Source of the DNA: Desulfatiglandales bacterium | Lineage (GTDB): Bacteria; Desulfobacterota; DSM-4660; Desulfatiglandales; Desulfatiglandaceae | Reading direction: 5' to 3' | NCBI GenBank assembly: GCA_963662465.1 | Contig: OY759599.1 | Location: 6,368,001 to 6,432,000 of the forward strand | DNA: 64,000 nucleotides | In this document: piece by piece, positions 15,952-25,952 of the stretch | Position numbering within the stretch: position 1 is the first letter of the stretch | Layout of the letters: each line of letters opens with the position of its first letter | Notes under the pieces: generated by a model | Database searches by the model: none | Told to the model about the DNA's origin: nothing | What the model saw: the letters and a program-made list of their open reading frames with translations, nothing else | Program-made: the position numbers and the translations under genes

Positions 15952-17481
15952 ATGGAAACACAAGACTACGATCACGTTCTTGAAATCAGAAACCTGGAGA
16001 TCAAAGACTATGGGGATATCCAAATTATCATGGACCAGGCCTACAAGGGTATGGGCGGGGCCTGGACCCTGGATGAATTCAAAACCCTTTTGGCCCTTTT
16101 TCCCGAAGGTCAGATTTGTATTGAGGACAAAGGCCGAGTGGTGGCCGGCGCCTTGGTATTGATTATCGATTACAGCAATTTGGAGCATGACCATTCCTAC
16201 GAGGACATCGTGTCGAAGGGCAGTTTCGAGGGTCATGATCCGGACGGGGATTATCTCTACGGCATCGATCTGTTTGTTGATCAAGATTACCGCGCCATGC
16301 GTCTGGGCCGCCGTCTTTATGATGCCAGAAAAAACCTATGTGAGGAATTGAATCTTAAAGGCATGATTGTGGGGGGCCGCATTCCCAATTACGCACAGTA
16401 TGCCAAGGATCTGACCCCCATGGAATACATCCATAGAGTTGGGAAACGGGAAATCGTCGACCAGGTTCTGACTTTTCAACTGGCCAATGACTTTCATCCC
16501 AAACGGGCGATTCGGAACTATAACCCTGAAGACCGTAAATCCAGAAGCTATGCTGTATGGCTGGAGTGGAATAATATTTTTTACCAGGCCAAGAAAAAAT
16601 TCATATGGGGCCGAAAATCTAATGTGCGCTTAGGAGCCGTTCAATGGCAGATGCGTATTTTTGAGTCTTTTGAGGATCTGCTGCAGCAAGTGGAGTTTTT
16701 TGTGGATACCGTGGCCGGTTATAAAGCAGATCTGGTATTGTTCCCGGAACTTTTCAACGCCCCACTCTTATCCCAATTTGATCAACAAGACCCGCCTAAG
16801 GCGATGCGGTCTCTGGCGGAGTACACAGATCAGCTGAGAGACGAAATGCTGCAGATGGCGGTCAGATACAACATCAACATCGTTGCCGGCAGCCTGCCCC
16901 TTTATGAGAACCAACAGCTCTATAATATCTCCGTCTTATGCCGTCGAGACGGAACCTGGGATATGCAGTATAAACTGCATGTCACACCGGATGAGAAAGA
17001 ATGCTGGGGGTTGCAGGGCGGCCGAGACCTCAAGGTTTTTGACACGGATATCGGTAAAATCGGCATTTTGATCTGCTATGATGTAGAATTTCCTGAACTG
17101 TCCCGTATCTTGGCGGAAAAAGGCATGAAAATACTGCTGGTGCCATTTTGGACGGATACCAAAAACGGGTATTTGCGGATTCGGCGATGCGCCCAGGCCA
17201 GGGCCATCGAAAACGAATGTTATGTGGCCATATCCGGCAGCGTGGGCAACCTGCCCAAGGTAGAGAACATGGATATTCAATATTCTCAGTCCGCCATTTT
17301 TACACCGTCTGATTTTGCTTTTCCTCATGACGCTATCGCCGCGGAAACCACCCCCAACACGGAAATGACGCTAATCGCGGATATTGATCTGAATCTACTA
17401 AAAGAACTTCGAAAACACGGCACCGTCCGCAACCTGGAAAACCGTCGTAAGGATCTGTATCAAATCACCTGGTTGGCTTGA
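15952..17481 (+). CDS. Bifunctional GNAT acetyltransferase / carbon-nitrogen hydrolase
   Basis: YRAMRLGRRLY GNAT motif; FPELF, QYKLH, ICYDVEFPE nitrilase triad. Confidence 0.9.
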   Translation: METQDYDHVLEIRNLEIKDYGDIQIIMDQAYKGMGGAWTLDEFKTLLALFPEGQICIEDKGRVVAGALVLIIDYSNLEHDHSYEDIVSKGSFEGHDPDGDYLYGIDLFVDQDYRAMRLGRRLYDARKNLCEELNLKGMIVGGRIPNYAQYAKDLTPMEYIHRVGKREIVDQVLTFQLANDFHPKRAIRNYNPEDRKSRSYAVWLEWNNIFYQAKKKFIWGRKSNVRLGAVQWQMRIFESFEDLLQQVEFFVDTVAGYKADLVLFPELFNAPLLSQFDQQDPPKAMRSLAEYTDQLRDEMLQMAVRYNINIVAGSLPLYENQQLYNISVLCRRDGTWDMQYKLHVTPDEKECWGLQGGRDLKVFDTDIGKIGILICYDVEFPELSRILAEKGMKILLVPFWTDTKNGYLRIRRCAQARAIENECYVAISGSVGNLPKVENMDIQYSQSAIFTPSDFAFPHDAIAAETTPNTEMTLIADIDLNLLKELRKHGTVRNLENRRKDLYQITWLA

Positions 17482-17662
17482 AATACATCCATTATTGAAC
17501 GTTTTTAGGCGATACTCTTCCATCTTTCGGTCAATGGTTTTGAGGGATTCCGGATCATAACCCAAATCGTGAAGGGAGCGATCTTCGGAATTGCTTTACT
17601 AATTTTTCAGAATCCTATAATTTCCAACCCAATCAACGGCAAATCCATCAGGAGGTTGAACA

Positions 17663-19108
17663 ATGGCGATCAAGACGGAGCAGGAATATCGTGCGCGTAT
17701 GGACAAACTCAGGCCGAAACTCTTTTTCGGTGGAAAACGAGTCGAAAATTTGAACGATCACCCCATCAGTCGTGGGGTCATCGATGCCACGGCCCGGGTT
17801 TATGAATTGACCACGGACCCTGAATATACAGATATCATGACGGCCACATCCCATTTGACGGGGGAGGCCATCAGTCGCGCCCTGCATATTCATCAAAGCA
17901 GGGAAGATCTCTTTAAACGCCTGGAGATGGCGCGTTTGGGCAGTCAGAAACTGGGAACCTGCAATTATCGTTGCCCCGGCAATGAGATGCTCCCTTCCCT
18001 GGCGGCCACCACCTGGGAAATGGACCGGGATAAGGGCACTGAATATCACCAGCGCTTTAACGCCTATATGCGTTATGCTCAGGAAAATGACCTGGTGGTG
18101 AGCGGATCGGTGACGGACCCGAAGGGGGACCGCAGCAAAAGGCCCCTTGAACAGGACCCCGATTTTTATGTCCACGTGGTGGAAAAAAAGGCCGACGGCA
18201 TTGTGGTCAACGGCGCCAAACAGCATGCCACGGGGGCCTATGCCGCCGACGAAACCCTGGTGTTGCCCGGCATTTCCTCAAAACCCGGGGAGGAAGACTA
18301 TGCTCTGGCATTTGTCATTCCCAACGGGAGTCCCGGCATCACCTATATCGGGCAGTACAATCCCTTCAGCGTGGAACGGGAATATGAAACAAACCCCAAG
18401 GTTCTGGGAAATCCCATCTACGGCCAGCGGGAAACCTGCCTCATTGTGTTTGATCATGTGTTTGTTCCATGGGACCGGGTGTTCATGTGCGGAGAAACCG
18501 AGTACACCCAGAAATTTATCACCCGTTTTGCCAAAACCCATCGCATGAACTGCGGGGGGGCCTGCAAGGTGGGGTTTATGGATTTGATTATCGGCGCCAC
18601 AAAGTTGATGGCCGAGTACAATGGTTTGTCGGAAGCCTCCCATGTGGCGCAGAAAATCACGCGCATGCTCCAATTGAACGACACGTCCCTGGCCTGCGCC
18701 ACCGCCGCGGCCTACTTTGGCAAGGAAGAGCCCGAGGGCTCCGGCGTTTTCATGCCCGATGAAACCATGGGCAACATCGCCAAATTGAACACCAATGACG
18801 GCTTCTGGGAAGTCATGGCTCTTGCGGGGGATATTGCCGGCGGCATTCCTGCCACCATGCCCAGTGAAAAGGAATTGGAAAATCCCGAAACCATGGATTA
18901 TGTGGCCAAATATCTCAAGGCGGCGGCTCCTGCCCGTGAGAGGATGCGCATTGCACGATTCCTGCAGAACTGGGTGGCTGGGCTTCACGGTCTCGGCACC
19001 TACCAGGGGTCGGGTCCGAGCCAGAGCCAGTATGTGGCTTTGTACCGGATCGCTGATCTGGAAGGGAAAAAGCAGATGGCTTTGGATTTGGCAAACGCCG
19101 TTTCGTAG
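17663..19108 (+). CDS. 4-hydroxybutyryl-CoA dehydratase-like (HpaB/AbfD family)
   Basis: CNYRC, TDPKGDRS, GAKQH, HRMNCGGACK. Confidence 0.8.
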   Translation: MAIKTEQEYRARMDKLRPKLFFGGKRVENLNDHPISRGVIDATARVYELTTDPEYTDIMTATSHLTGEAISRALHIHQSREDLFKRLEMARLGSQKLGTCNYRCPGNEMLPSLAATTWEMDRDKGTEYHQRFNAYMRYAQENDLVVSGSVTDPKGDRSKRPLEQDPDFYVHVVEKKADGIVVNGAKQHATGAYAADETLVLPGISSKPGEEDYALAFVIPNGSPGITYIGQYNPFSVEREYETNPKVLGNPIYGQRETCLIVFDHVFVPWDRVFMCGETEYTQKFITRFAKTHRMNCGGACKVGFMDLIIGATKLMAEYNGLSEASHVAQKITRMLQLNDTSLACATAAAYFGKEEPEGSGVFMPDETMGNIAKLNTNDGFWEVMALAGDIAGGIPATMPSEKELENPETMDYVAKYLKAAAPARERMRIARFLQNWVAGLHGLGTYQGSGPSQSQYVALYRIADLEGKKQMALDLANAVS

Positions 19109-19285
19109 GCTGTCAGACCGATGGTACAGTTTAAAAAAAATTGAAAAATCGAGCCGGCAATGTTATGAAAATACAGGCGTAAAGCGTCGATTTTAAAAGA
19201 GCATCAAAACCTTGAAGTTTTAAGTAAAAAAACGAAACCAGATCATCAAACTTAAAACTTTCTTTTAAATAAAAGGAAACCCATT

Positions 19286-19762
19286 ATGACTGAAAAGGCC
19301 TTTCAAGATCACTATCCGGATGATTTCTCCCATTGTTATGGCTGCGGCAGGCTTAATAAGGAGGGATTGCAACTCAAAAGTTACTGGGACGGGGATGAGA
19401 CCGTATGCCGCTACCAGCCACGACCCTATCACACGGGAGGTTTCCCGGGTTTTGGATACGGGGGCCTGGTGGCATCCTTGTTGGATTGTCACGGAACCGC
19501 TTCGGCATCTGCCGCAAAATACCGTGAAGAAGGGCGAGATATGGGAACCGAGCCCGCTCTGCGGTTTGTGACGGCATCGCTGAAGGTGGATTTTATCGCC
19601 CCCACGCCCATTGACGGGGTTCTGGAGGTGCGTGGAAAAATAAAGGAGGTTAAGGGTCGCAAGGTGACCGTTACCGAGACCCTTTCGGCCGGGGATAAAA
19701 TCGTGGCCAGGGGAGAACTTATTGCGGTACTGATCCCTGAAAATTTTATGGATGGAAAATAG
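19286..19762 (+). CDS. PaaI-family thioesterase
   Basis: HCYGCG..N..GL, YGGLVASLLDCHG, FVTASLKVD. Confidence 0.85.
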   Translation: MTEKAFQDHYPDDFSHCYGCGRLNKEGLQLKSYWDGDETVCRYQPRPYHTGGFPGFGYGGLVASLLDCHGTASASAAKYREEGRDMGTEPALRFVTASLKVDFIAPTPIDGVLEVRGKIKEVKGRKVTVTETLSAGDKIVARGELIAVLIPENFMDGK

Positions 19763-19781
19763 TCGTATAAAGGGGGAAACC

Positions 19782-20993
19782 ATGAAAACAAAATGTTTCT
19801 GTCCGCGGAAATGGGTGGTGGGGGTCTTGGTGCTGCTGTTGGTGGCTCCACCTCATCTCATGGCTCAGGACGACGGGGAAGCGAACAAGAGCAACTTTAC
19901 CCAGGAGCAACTGTCTCAAATGGTAGCCCCCATTGCGCTCTATCCGGATTCACTGTTGGCGCAAATCTTCATGGCTTCCACCTATCCCCTGGAGGTGGTT
20001 GAAGCCGACCGGTTTGTGAAGGCCAATGGGAAGTTAACGGGAGATGCCCTGGATGCGGCACTGAAAGCGAAATCCTGGGATGTCAGCGTGAAGTCCTTGT
20101 GCCATTTTCCGGATGTTCTGGGGTCCATGAGTGAAAAGCTGGACCAGACCACCCAATTGGGGGATGCCTTTCTGGGGCAGCAGAAAGAGGTCATGGATAC
20201 GGTCCAGGAACTTCGCGCCAAGGCCCATGCCCAGGGAAATCTGGAGACCACCAAACAACAGACCGTGGTGGTTGAAAATAAAGTGATCCAGATTGAGACC
20301 CCGGATCCCCAGGTCATTTACGTGCCCACCTATAACCCTACCGTTGTTTACGGTCCGTGGCCCTACCCGGCCTATCCTCCATATGCCTGGCGTTATCCGC
20401 CGGGCTTTGGCCTCATGACATTCGGTGTGGGGATTGCCGTGGGCATCGGGGTTTCAAACTGGTGTGGATGCAACTGGCGAAACCGCAGCGTCAATGTTAA
20501 CATCAACCGCACGGCTAATTTCAATCGGAACGTCAACATCCACGGGGGGAAACACGGCGGCGGAACCTGGAAACACAATCCCCAACATAGGAGAGGGGTT
20601 TCCTACCGCAATCAAAATCTTAACCGGCACTACGGACAATCTTCCCGACAGGCCGCTCGCGTAAAAGCCAAAGACCGCGGATACGGCGGCCACTCATTTG
20701 ATGGGAAGGGCCGTAGCAATATGACAGGCAAGGGGAACCGGAGCGGCCATGTGGGCGATCGGACGAACTTTGACCGTGGAAAGGGGCGCGACATGGGTAA
20801 AGGGCGGGATCAGAACCTGAATCGCGCAGCCGGGAGTCATTCCAATCGAAACCAGGGTGGTTCCGCTTTCAGTGGGTCCCGCCAGGGCAGGGATGCGCGT
20901 ATGTCCAGCCAGCGTGGACAAGCCAGTCGGCAGAGATCCGGCGGTGGGGGCTTTCAAAGAGGAGGCCGCGGCGGCGGACATGGCCGGCGGTAG
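19782..20993 (+). CDS. DUF3300-family exported protein
   Basis: VAPIALYPDSLL, YVPTYNP, WKHNPQHRRGV; Gly/Arg-rich tail. Confidence 0.85.
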   Translation: MKTKCFCPRKWVVGVLVLLLVAPPHLMAQDDGEANKSNFTQEQLSQMVAPIALYPDSLLAQIFMASTYPLEVVEADRFVKANGKLTGDALDAALKAKSWDVSVKSLCHFPDVLGSMSEKLDQTTQLGDAFLGQQKEVMDTVQELRAKAHAQGNLETTKQQTVVVENKVIQIETPDPQVIYVPTYNPTVVYGPWPYPAYPPYAWRYPPGFGLMTFGVGIAVGIGVSNWCGCNWRNRSVNVNINRTANFNRNVNIHGGKHGGGTWKHNPQHRRGVSYRNQNLNRHYGQSSRQAARVKAKDRGYGGHSFDGKGRSNMTGKGNRSGHVGDRTNFDRGKGRDMGKGRDQNLNRAAGSHSNRNQGGSAFSGSRQGRDARMSSQRGQASRQRSGGGGFQRGGRGGGHGRR

Positions 20994-21044
20994 GGGGGCG
21001 GCGCGCCCTTACGGTTCAAAACCAATCGTGTGGAGGAAACAGCA

Positions 21045-22022
21045 ATGGTTTTTTTTGAAAATAACAAATTTAGGATTTTGAAGCGTTTGCTGAATGCGGG
21101 CCTTCTCATACTGACCCTCGTCGGTCTTTCGGGTTGGGTATCGGCGGAAGAGAAAAATACCAAGGGAGAAACCTTTAATTCTCCACAGCAAGCAATTGAA
21201 GCCCTGGTTAATGCGGTCAAAAAGGATGATGTACCGGCATTAATTTCCATTTTTGGCCCGGATGGGAAAGATTTGATTCTATCGGGCGACCCTGTGGCCG
21301 ATCAGTCGGACCGCGCAAGCTTTCTCGATATTTTTAAAGAGGGCCATGGTCTTGAGGGGAAGGGGCCGGAAAAAGCATTTCTTGTTTTGGGAAAGGAAAA
21401 ATGGCCCTTTCCCATCCCCCTGGTGAAGCAGGGAAATCAGTGGCGTTTTGACGTGTCGGAGGGAAAACAGGAAATCCTGGATCGTCGTATCGGGCAAAAT
21501 GAATTGAATGTCATTAACGTCATGACCGCCTATGTGGATGCCCAGAACGAGTATGTCGCCAAGGACCTTGACGGAGACGGCGTTCGTGCATTCGCGTCCC
21601 GAATCAGGAGCGATCCGGGCAAGAAAAATGGTCTGTACTGGCCTGTAAAGGAGGGTGAGCCCATGAGTCCCATGGGCCCCCTGGTGGCGGAGGCGGTTCA
21701 AGGGGGATACGCCCCAAAAGAGGGGAAACCGATCCCCTACCATGGATATTACTATAAAATTCTCCTGGGTCAGGGAAAGCATGCCCACGGCGGGGCCTAT
21801 GATTACCGGACGTGCGGCAAAATGATTCTCGGCCATGCATTGCTGGCTTATCCCGCCAAATATGGCGTCTCCGGAATCATGACCTTTATGGTGAATCAGC
21901 AGGGTGTACTTTATGAAAAGGATCTTGGACCGGACGCCGCAGTGGCGGCGGCAATCGTAAAATTTGACCCCGATAGGTGGGATGAAACGGATATGGGTGA
22001 TGTGTCCGAACCCAAAAAATGA
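21045..22022 (+). CDS. DUF2950-family protein
   Basis: WPFPIPLVK, RRIGQNE, GLYWP, YHGYYYKIL, YG.SGIMTF. Confidence 0.85.
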   Translation: MVFFENNKFRILKRLLNAGLLILTLVGLSGWVSAEEKNTKGETFNSPQQAIEALVNAVKKDDVPALISIFGPDGKDLILSGDPVADQSDRASFLDIFKEGHGLEGKGPEKAFLVLGKEKWPFPIPLVKQGNQWRFDVSEGKQEILDRRIGQNELNVINVMTAYVDAQNEYVAKDLDGDGVRAFASRIRSDPGKKNGLYWPVKEGEPMSPMGPLVAEAVQGGYAPKEGKPIPYHGYYYKILLGQGKHAHGGAYDYRTCGKMILGHALLAYPAKYGVSGIMTFMVNQQGVLYEKDLGPDAAVAAAIVKFDPDRWDETDMGDVSEPKK

Positions 22023-22060
22023 CGATCGTTGACAATCATCAACAGGGAGGAAGCCGCTTG

Positions 22061-23041
22061 ATGGATATTAAGGAAATTACGGAACGGGTAGAGCAGGAAA
22101 GTGTGGTGATCCGGCAGATCATGGCCAATATGGAAAAGGTGATCGTGGGGCAGCGATATCTCATTGAGCGGATGATTATCGGCCTTTTGTGTGAGGGGCA
22201 TCTGTTGCTGGAAGGCCTTCCGGGCCTGGCCAAAACCACTGCGGTGAAGGCCATGGCCACCACCATCCATACCACTTTCCAGCGCATCCAGTTCACCCCG
22301 GACCTGTTGCCCGCCGACATCCTGGGAACCCAGTTCTATCGCCCGGACACCGCCACCTTTGAAATCAAAAAGGGGCCTGTTTTTCACAACATTATCCTGG
22401 CTGATGAAATTAACCGGGCCCCGGCCAAGGTGCAGAGTGCTCTTCTGGAAGCCATGCAGGAACTCCAGATTACCATCGGCGAGACCACTTTTACGCTAAA
22501 CAGGCCCTTTCTGGTGCTGGCCACCCAGAACCCCATTGAACAGGAAGGCACCTACCCCCTGCCCGAGGCCCAGATCGATCGATTCATGATGAAGATCAAG
22601 GTGGATTACCCCTCGGCGGAAGAGGAGCGGGAGATCATGACCCGGGTCTATGGTGGTATGGAAGCCCAGATGACCGGTGTTGTCGATTCTGCTCAAATCA
22701 GACGGGCCGGTGAAACCATGCGGGCCATCCATATGGAAGACCGGATTATGGACTACGTGGTGCGTCTGGTGCGCGCCACCCGTGAGCCCGGGGCTTTTGG
22801 CCTGGATCTGGCTCCCATGATTCAGTACGGCGCCTCCCCCCGGGCATCCATCTGGCTGGGCATGGCGGCCCGGGCCCACGCCTTTGTGAGCGGACGCGGT
22901 TACGTGACGCCCCAGGACGTGAAAACCATGGCCCCCGACATTCTGCGCCACCGCATTATTCTGAGCTATGAGGCGGAGGCCGAGGAAAAGACCACAGACG
23001 ACCTGATCGGCGTGTTGCTGGAACGGATCGAGGTGCCGTAA
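22061..23041 (+). CDS. moxR: MoxR-family AAA+ ATPase
   Basis: GLPGLAKT, RIQFTPDLLP, DEINRAP, ATQNPIEQEGTYPLPEAQ. Confidence 0.93.
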   Translation: MDIKEITERVEQESVVIRQIMANMEKVIVGQRYLIERMIIGLLCEGHLLLEGLPGLAKTTAVKAMATTIHTTFQRIQFTPDLLPADILGTQFYRPDTATFEIKKGPVFHNIILADEINRAPAKVQSALLEAMQELQITIGETTFTLNRPFLVLATQNPIEQEGTYPLPEAQIDRFMMKIKVDYPSAEEEREIMTRVYGGMEAQMTGVVDSAQIRRAGETMRAIHMEDRIMDYVVRLVRATREPGAFGLDLAPMIQYGASPRASIWLGMAARAHAFVSGRGYVTPQDVKTMAPDILRHRIILSYEAEAEEKTTDDLIGVLLERIEVP

Positions 23042-23042
23042 G

Positions 23043-23921
23043 ATGCTCCCTGAGGCATTGCTCAAAAAGATCCAGAAGTTTCATTTTACCACCAAACGCA
23101 TGGCCAATGATATGTTTGCGGGTCAGTACGAAAGCGCTTTTAAAGGCCGGGGCATGGAATTTGCCGAGGTGCGGGAATACCAGATCGGAGACGATATTCG
23201 CACCATCGACTGGAATGTTTCGGCCCGTTTCGGTCATCCCTATGTGAAGGTGTTTCACGAGGAGCGGGAGTTGACCGTCATGCTGTTGCTGGACATCTCC
23301 GGCAGCCATCTGTTCGGCGCCCGAAAAAAATTCAAACGGGAACTCCTGGCGGAAGTGGCCGGCATGCTGGCGTTTCTGGCCATTCGCACCAATGACAAGG
23401 TGGGCGCCATCCTGTTCAGCAGCAAAGTGGAAAAATACATCCCGCCCAAAAAGGGCGCCTCCCACGTGTGGCGTCTCATCAAGGAAGTGTTCACCTATGA
23501 GCCTTTAGACCTGAACACCGATCTGGACGGCGCCCTGACCTTTTTAAACCGGGTGGTCAGGCGGCATGCCATCGTATTTCTCATTTCCGACTGCATGGAC
23601 ACGGGATTTGAGAAATCCCTCCGATTGACGTCCAAAAAACACGACCTTACGGTGATTCGTATCTCCGATCCGGCGGAAGAAGCCCTCCCCAATGTGGGCT
23701 TTGTGAACTTGCGGGATCCGGAAACCGGAAAAACCGTTCTGGTGAACAGCGGCAGTCGAAACCTTCAAAAAAAATGGCGGCGTTACCGGGAAAACCAAAA
23801 CGCCTATCTCTCTGAAATTTTCAAAAAAGCCGGTATTGATCAGGCGGAACTGTTTACGGACGGGCCGGTGGTGGGACCGTTGACACGCCTCTTTGAGAGC
23901 CGGAAGAGACGGTTATGTTAA
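23043..23921 (+). CDS. DUF58-family protein
   Basis: GRGMEFAEVREY..GDD.R.IDWN. Confidence 0.9.
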   Translation: MLPEALLKKIQKFHFTTKRMANDMFAGQYESAFKGRGMEFAEVREYQIGDDIRTIDWNVSARFGHPYVKVFHEERELTVMLLLDISGSHLFGARKKFKRELLAEVAGMLAFLAIRTNDKVGAILFSSKVEKYIPPKKGASHVWRLIKEVFTYEPLDLNTDLDGALTFLNRVVRRHAIVFLISDCMDTGFEKSLRLTSKKHDLTVIRISDPAEEALPNVGFVNLRDPETGKTVLVNSGSRNLQKKWRRYRENQNAYLSEIFKKAGIDQAELFTDGPVVGPLTRLFESRKRRLC

Positions 23922-24957
23922 AATGTTAAAAGGGCTCAAAAGGCGCGTTTTCTTTTGCTTTATCGGCTGCTTTTTGTTGGGAGCCTGTCCTGTCTTGGCG
24001 GTATCCGGCCCTAATCCTGTTGCACAGGGGACGCCGGCAATGACGGCGACGCTCTCTCCCCACCAGGCCAGGGTCGGGGAGATTGTGAATTTAACCTTTG
24101 GCTTTCACCTTCCCCATGGATCGCGTTTTTCTCCGGAACCGGAGATTCAAGGTCTCGAAGGGTTTCAAGTTCTGGATCGGAAAATAATATTCAGTCGACC
24201 CATAAAACAAAGTCCCGTTCCCCCTCCCGAAACATCTCTTTCGGGGGAATGCCGAATGCGACTTATGGTGGATCGTCTGGATTCAGGAGAGGTGGGTCCC
24301 ATCTCCCTTTCTTATATGGATGCCGGCGGAGAAAAAAAGTTTTTGAAGTCGGCCCCGGTTGTTTTGACCGTATTGTCAAACCTGGGGGATAAGCCTGAAG
24401 AGGCCGGCCTCAAACCCATCTACGGCATCATTCCCACGGGATCCCGCTGGATCAAATACCGCCCGTGGATTTTAGGGGGGGCGGCGCTTCTGCTGCTGGG
24501 GGCGGTATGCTGGTGGTGGATTCGAAAAAAACGAGGGAAAGGGACTGCCGTTCTACAGACGCCTCCCCACGAGTCGGCCATCCAGGCCCTTAAAGATCTC
24601 GATGCGCAGCGCCTGTTTGAAAAGGGCCGGATCAAGGATTTCTATTTCGGTTTTTCCGAGATTCTGCGGCGCTATGTGGAAGCCATCCGGGGATTTCCAG
24701 CGGCGGAATACACCATCGAGGAGATTGCCAGAGCCATCAAAGAGAAGGAAGACCAGTTGGTGCTGCCATTGCTCCGCCAGGTGGATATGGTAAAGTTTGC
24801 TGATTTTACCGCCCCCAGCGCTCGAAAAGATGAAGATATGGAAACTGCCTTTGCCTATATCCGCAACACCCGTGAAGCGTTGATGAAAGACGCAATGGCC
24901 GAAAGCCGGGGGGGTGTTCCCGGCAAGCAAATCGAACAGGAGGGTTTGCCATCATGA
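23917..24957 (+). CDS. Bat-operon membrane protein
   Basis: Signal-like N-terminus, single TM segment, DMVKFA; operon position; start uncertain. Confidence 0.65.
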   Translation, partial: VKMLKGLKRRVFFCFIGCFLLGACPVLAVSGPNPVAQGTPAMTATLSPHQARVGEIVNLTFGFHLPHGSRFSPEPEIQGLEGFQVLDRKIIFSRPIKQSPVPPPETSLSGECRMRLMVDRLDSGEVGPISLSYMDAGGEKKFLKSAPVVLTVLSNLGDKPEEAGLKPIYGIIPTGSRWIKYRPWILGGAALLLLGAVCWWWIRKKRGKGTAVLQTPPHESAIQALKDLDAQRLFEKGRIKDFYFGFSEILRRYVEAIRGFPAAEYTIEEIARAIKEKEDQLVLPLLRQVDMVKFADFTAPSARKDEDMETAFAYIRNTREALMKDAMAESRGGVPGKQIEQEGLPS

Positions 24958-25952
24958 TGTTTCGGTTTGCCTATCCCATCCTGTTTCTGCTGATTCCCGT
25001 GGTATTGGGCTGGCTGGCCTTTGCCCTGTTCAAAAAGCCTACCAGCATCACCTATTCCATGACCGCCGGAATGGCGGCCGTGGCGGGCGGCGGCAGTAGT
25101 TCTCTGGTGGCTCGTATTCCCACGATTCTTCGCACCTGTTGTTTGTTGCTGCTGGTTCTGGTGGCGGCAAGACCCCAGTTATATAATGTCAGCCGGGATG
25201 TGCGTTCCCCCGGGGTGGACATCATGCTTTGCCTGGACACATCGGGCTCCATGCAGGCCCTGGATTTCAAGGTGGGGGGAGATGCGGTCACGCGCCTTGA
25301 GGCGGTCAAGAAGGTGGTGGCCGATTTCATCAAAAAAAGAGAGACAGACCGCATTGGCCTTGTGGTTTTTGGTGAAGAGGCCTTTACCCAGTCCCCATTG
25401 ACCGTTGACAAGGGGCTTTTGCTGGAACTGGTGGATCGTATGACCATCGGCATGGCCGGGGACCGCACGGCTATCGGTTCCGCCATTGCCATTGGCGGTA
25501 AGCGCTTAAAAGATCTGAAAGCCAAATCAAAGATCTTGATTCTGTTGACCGACGGTCGGAACAACGCGGGCGAGATCAGTCCTCAGGTTGCGGCTGAGGC
25601 GGTGCGGGAGTTCGGCATCAAGCTTTATACCATCGGTGTCGGCGGAGAAGGACCGGCGCCCTTTCGAGTGAAGACCCTTTTTGGGACTCGGTTGGTGCCT
25701 CAGCAGGTGGACCTGGATGAGGCGACATTAAAAAAGGTGGCGGAAACCGGCGGCGGGAAATATTTTCGGGCGGCTAACAGCCGGGAGCTTCAGGAGATCT
25801 ACGATATCATCGACCGTGAGGAAAAGACCGATGTGAAGGTCAAGGAGTTCTTTCATTTCAAGGAACTGTACCCCTGGTTTCTGGTTCCCGCCATTTTATT
25901 TTTTCTGTTGGAGATGCTGCTCAAAACCTGGGTATTGAGGGTGATACCATGA
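24954..25952 (+). CDS. batA: BatA-like VWA protein
   Basis: ARPQ, DTSGSM MIDAS motif, LTDGRNN. Confidence 0.85.
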   Translation: MMFRFAYPILFLLIPVVLGWLAFALFKKPTSITYSMTAGMAAVAGGGSSSLVARIPTILRTCCLLLLVLVAARPQLYNVSRDVRSPGVDIMLCLDTSGSMQALDFKVGGDAVTRLEAVKKVVADFIKKRETDRIGLVVFGEEAFTQSPLTVDKGLLLELVDRMTIGMAGDRTAIGSAIAIGGKRLKDLKAKSKILILLTDGRNNAGEISPQVAAEAVREFGIKLYTIGVGGEGPAPFRVKTLFGTRLVPQQVDLDEATLKKVAETGGGKYFRAANSRELQEIYDIIDREEKTDVKVKEFFHFKELYPWFLVPAILFFLLEMLLKTWVLRVIP

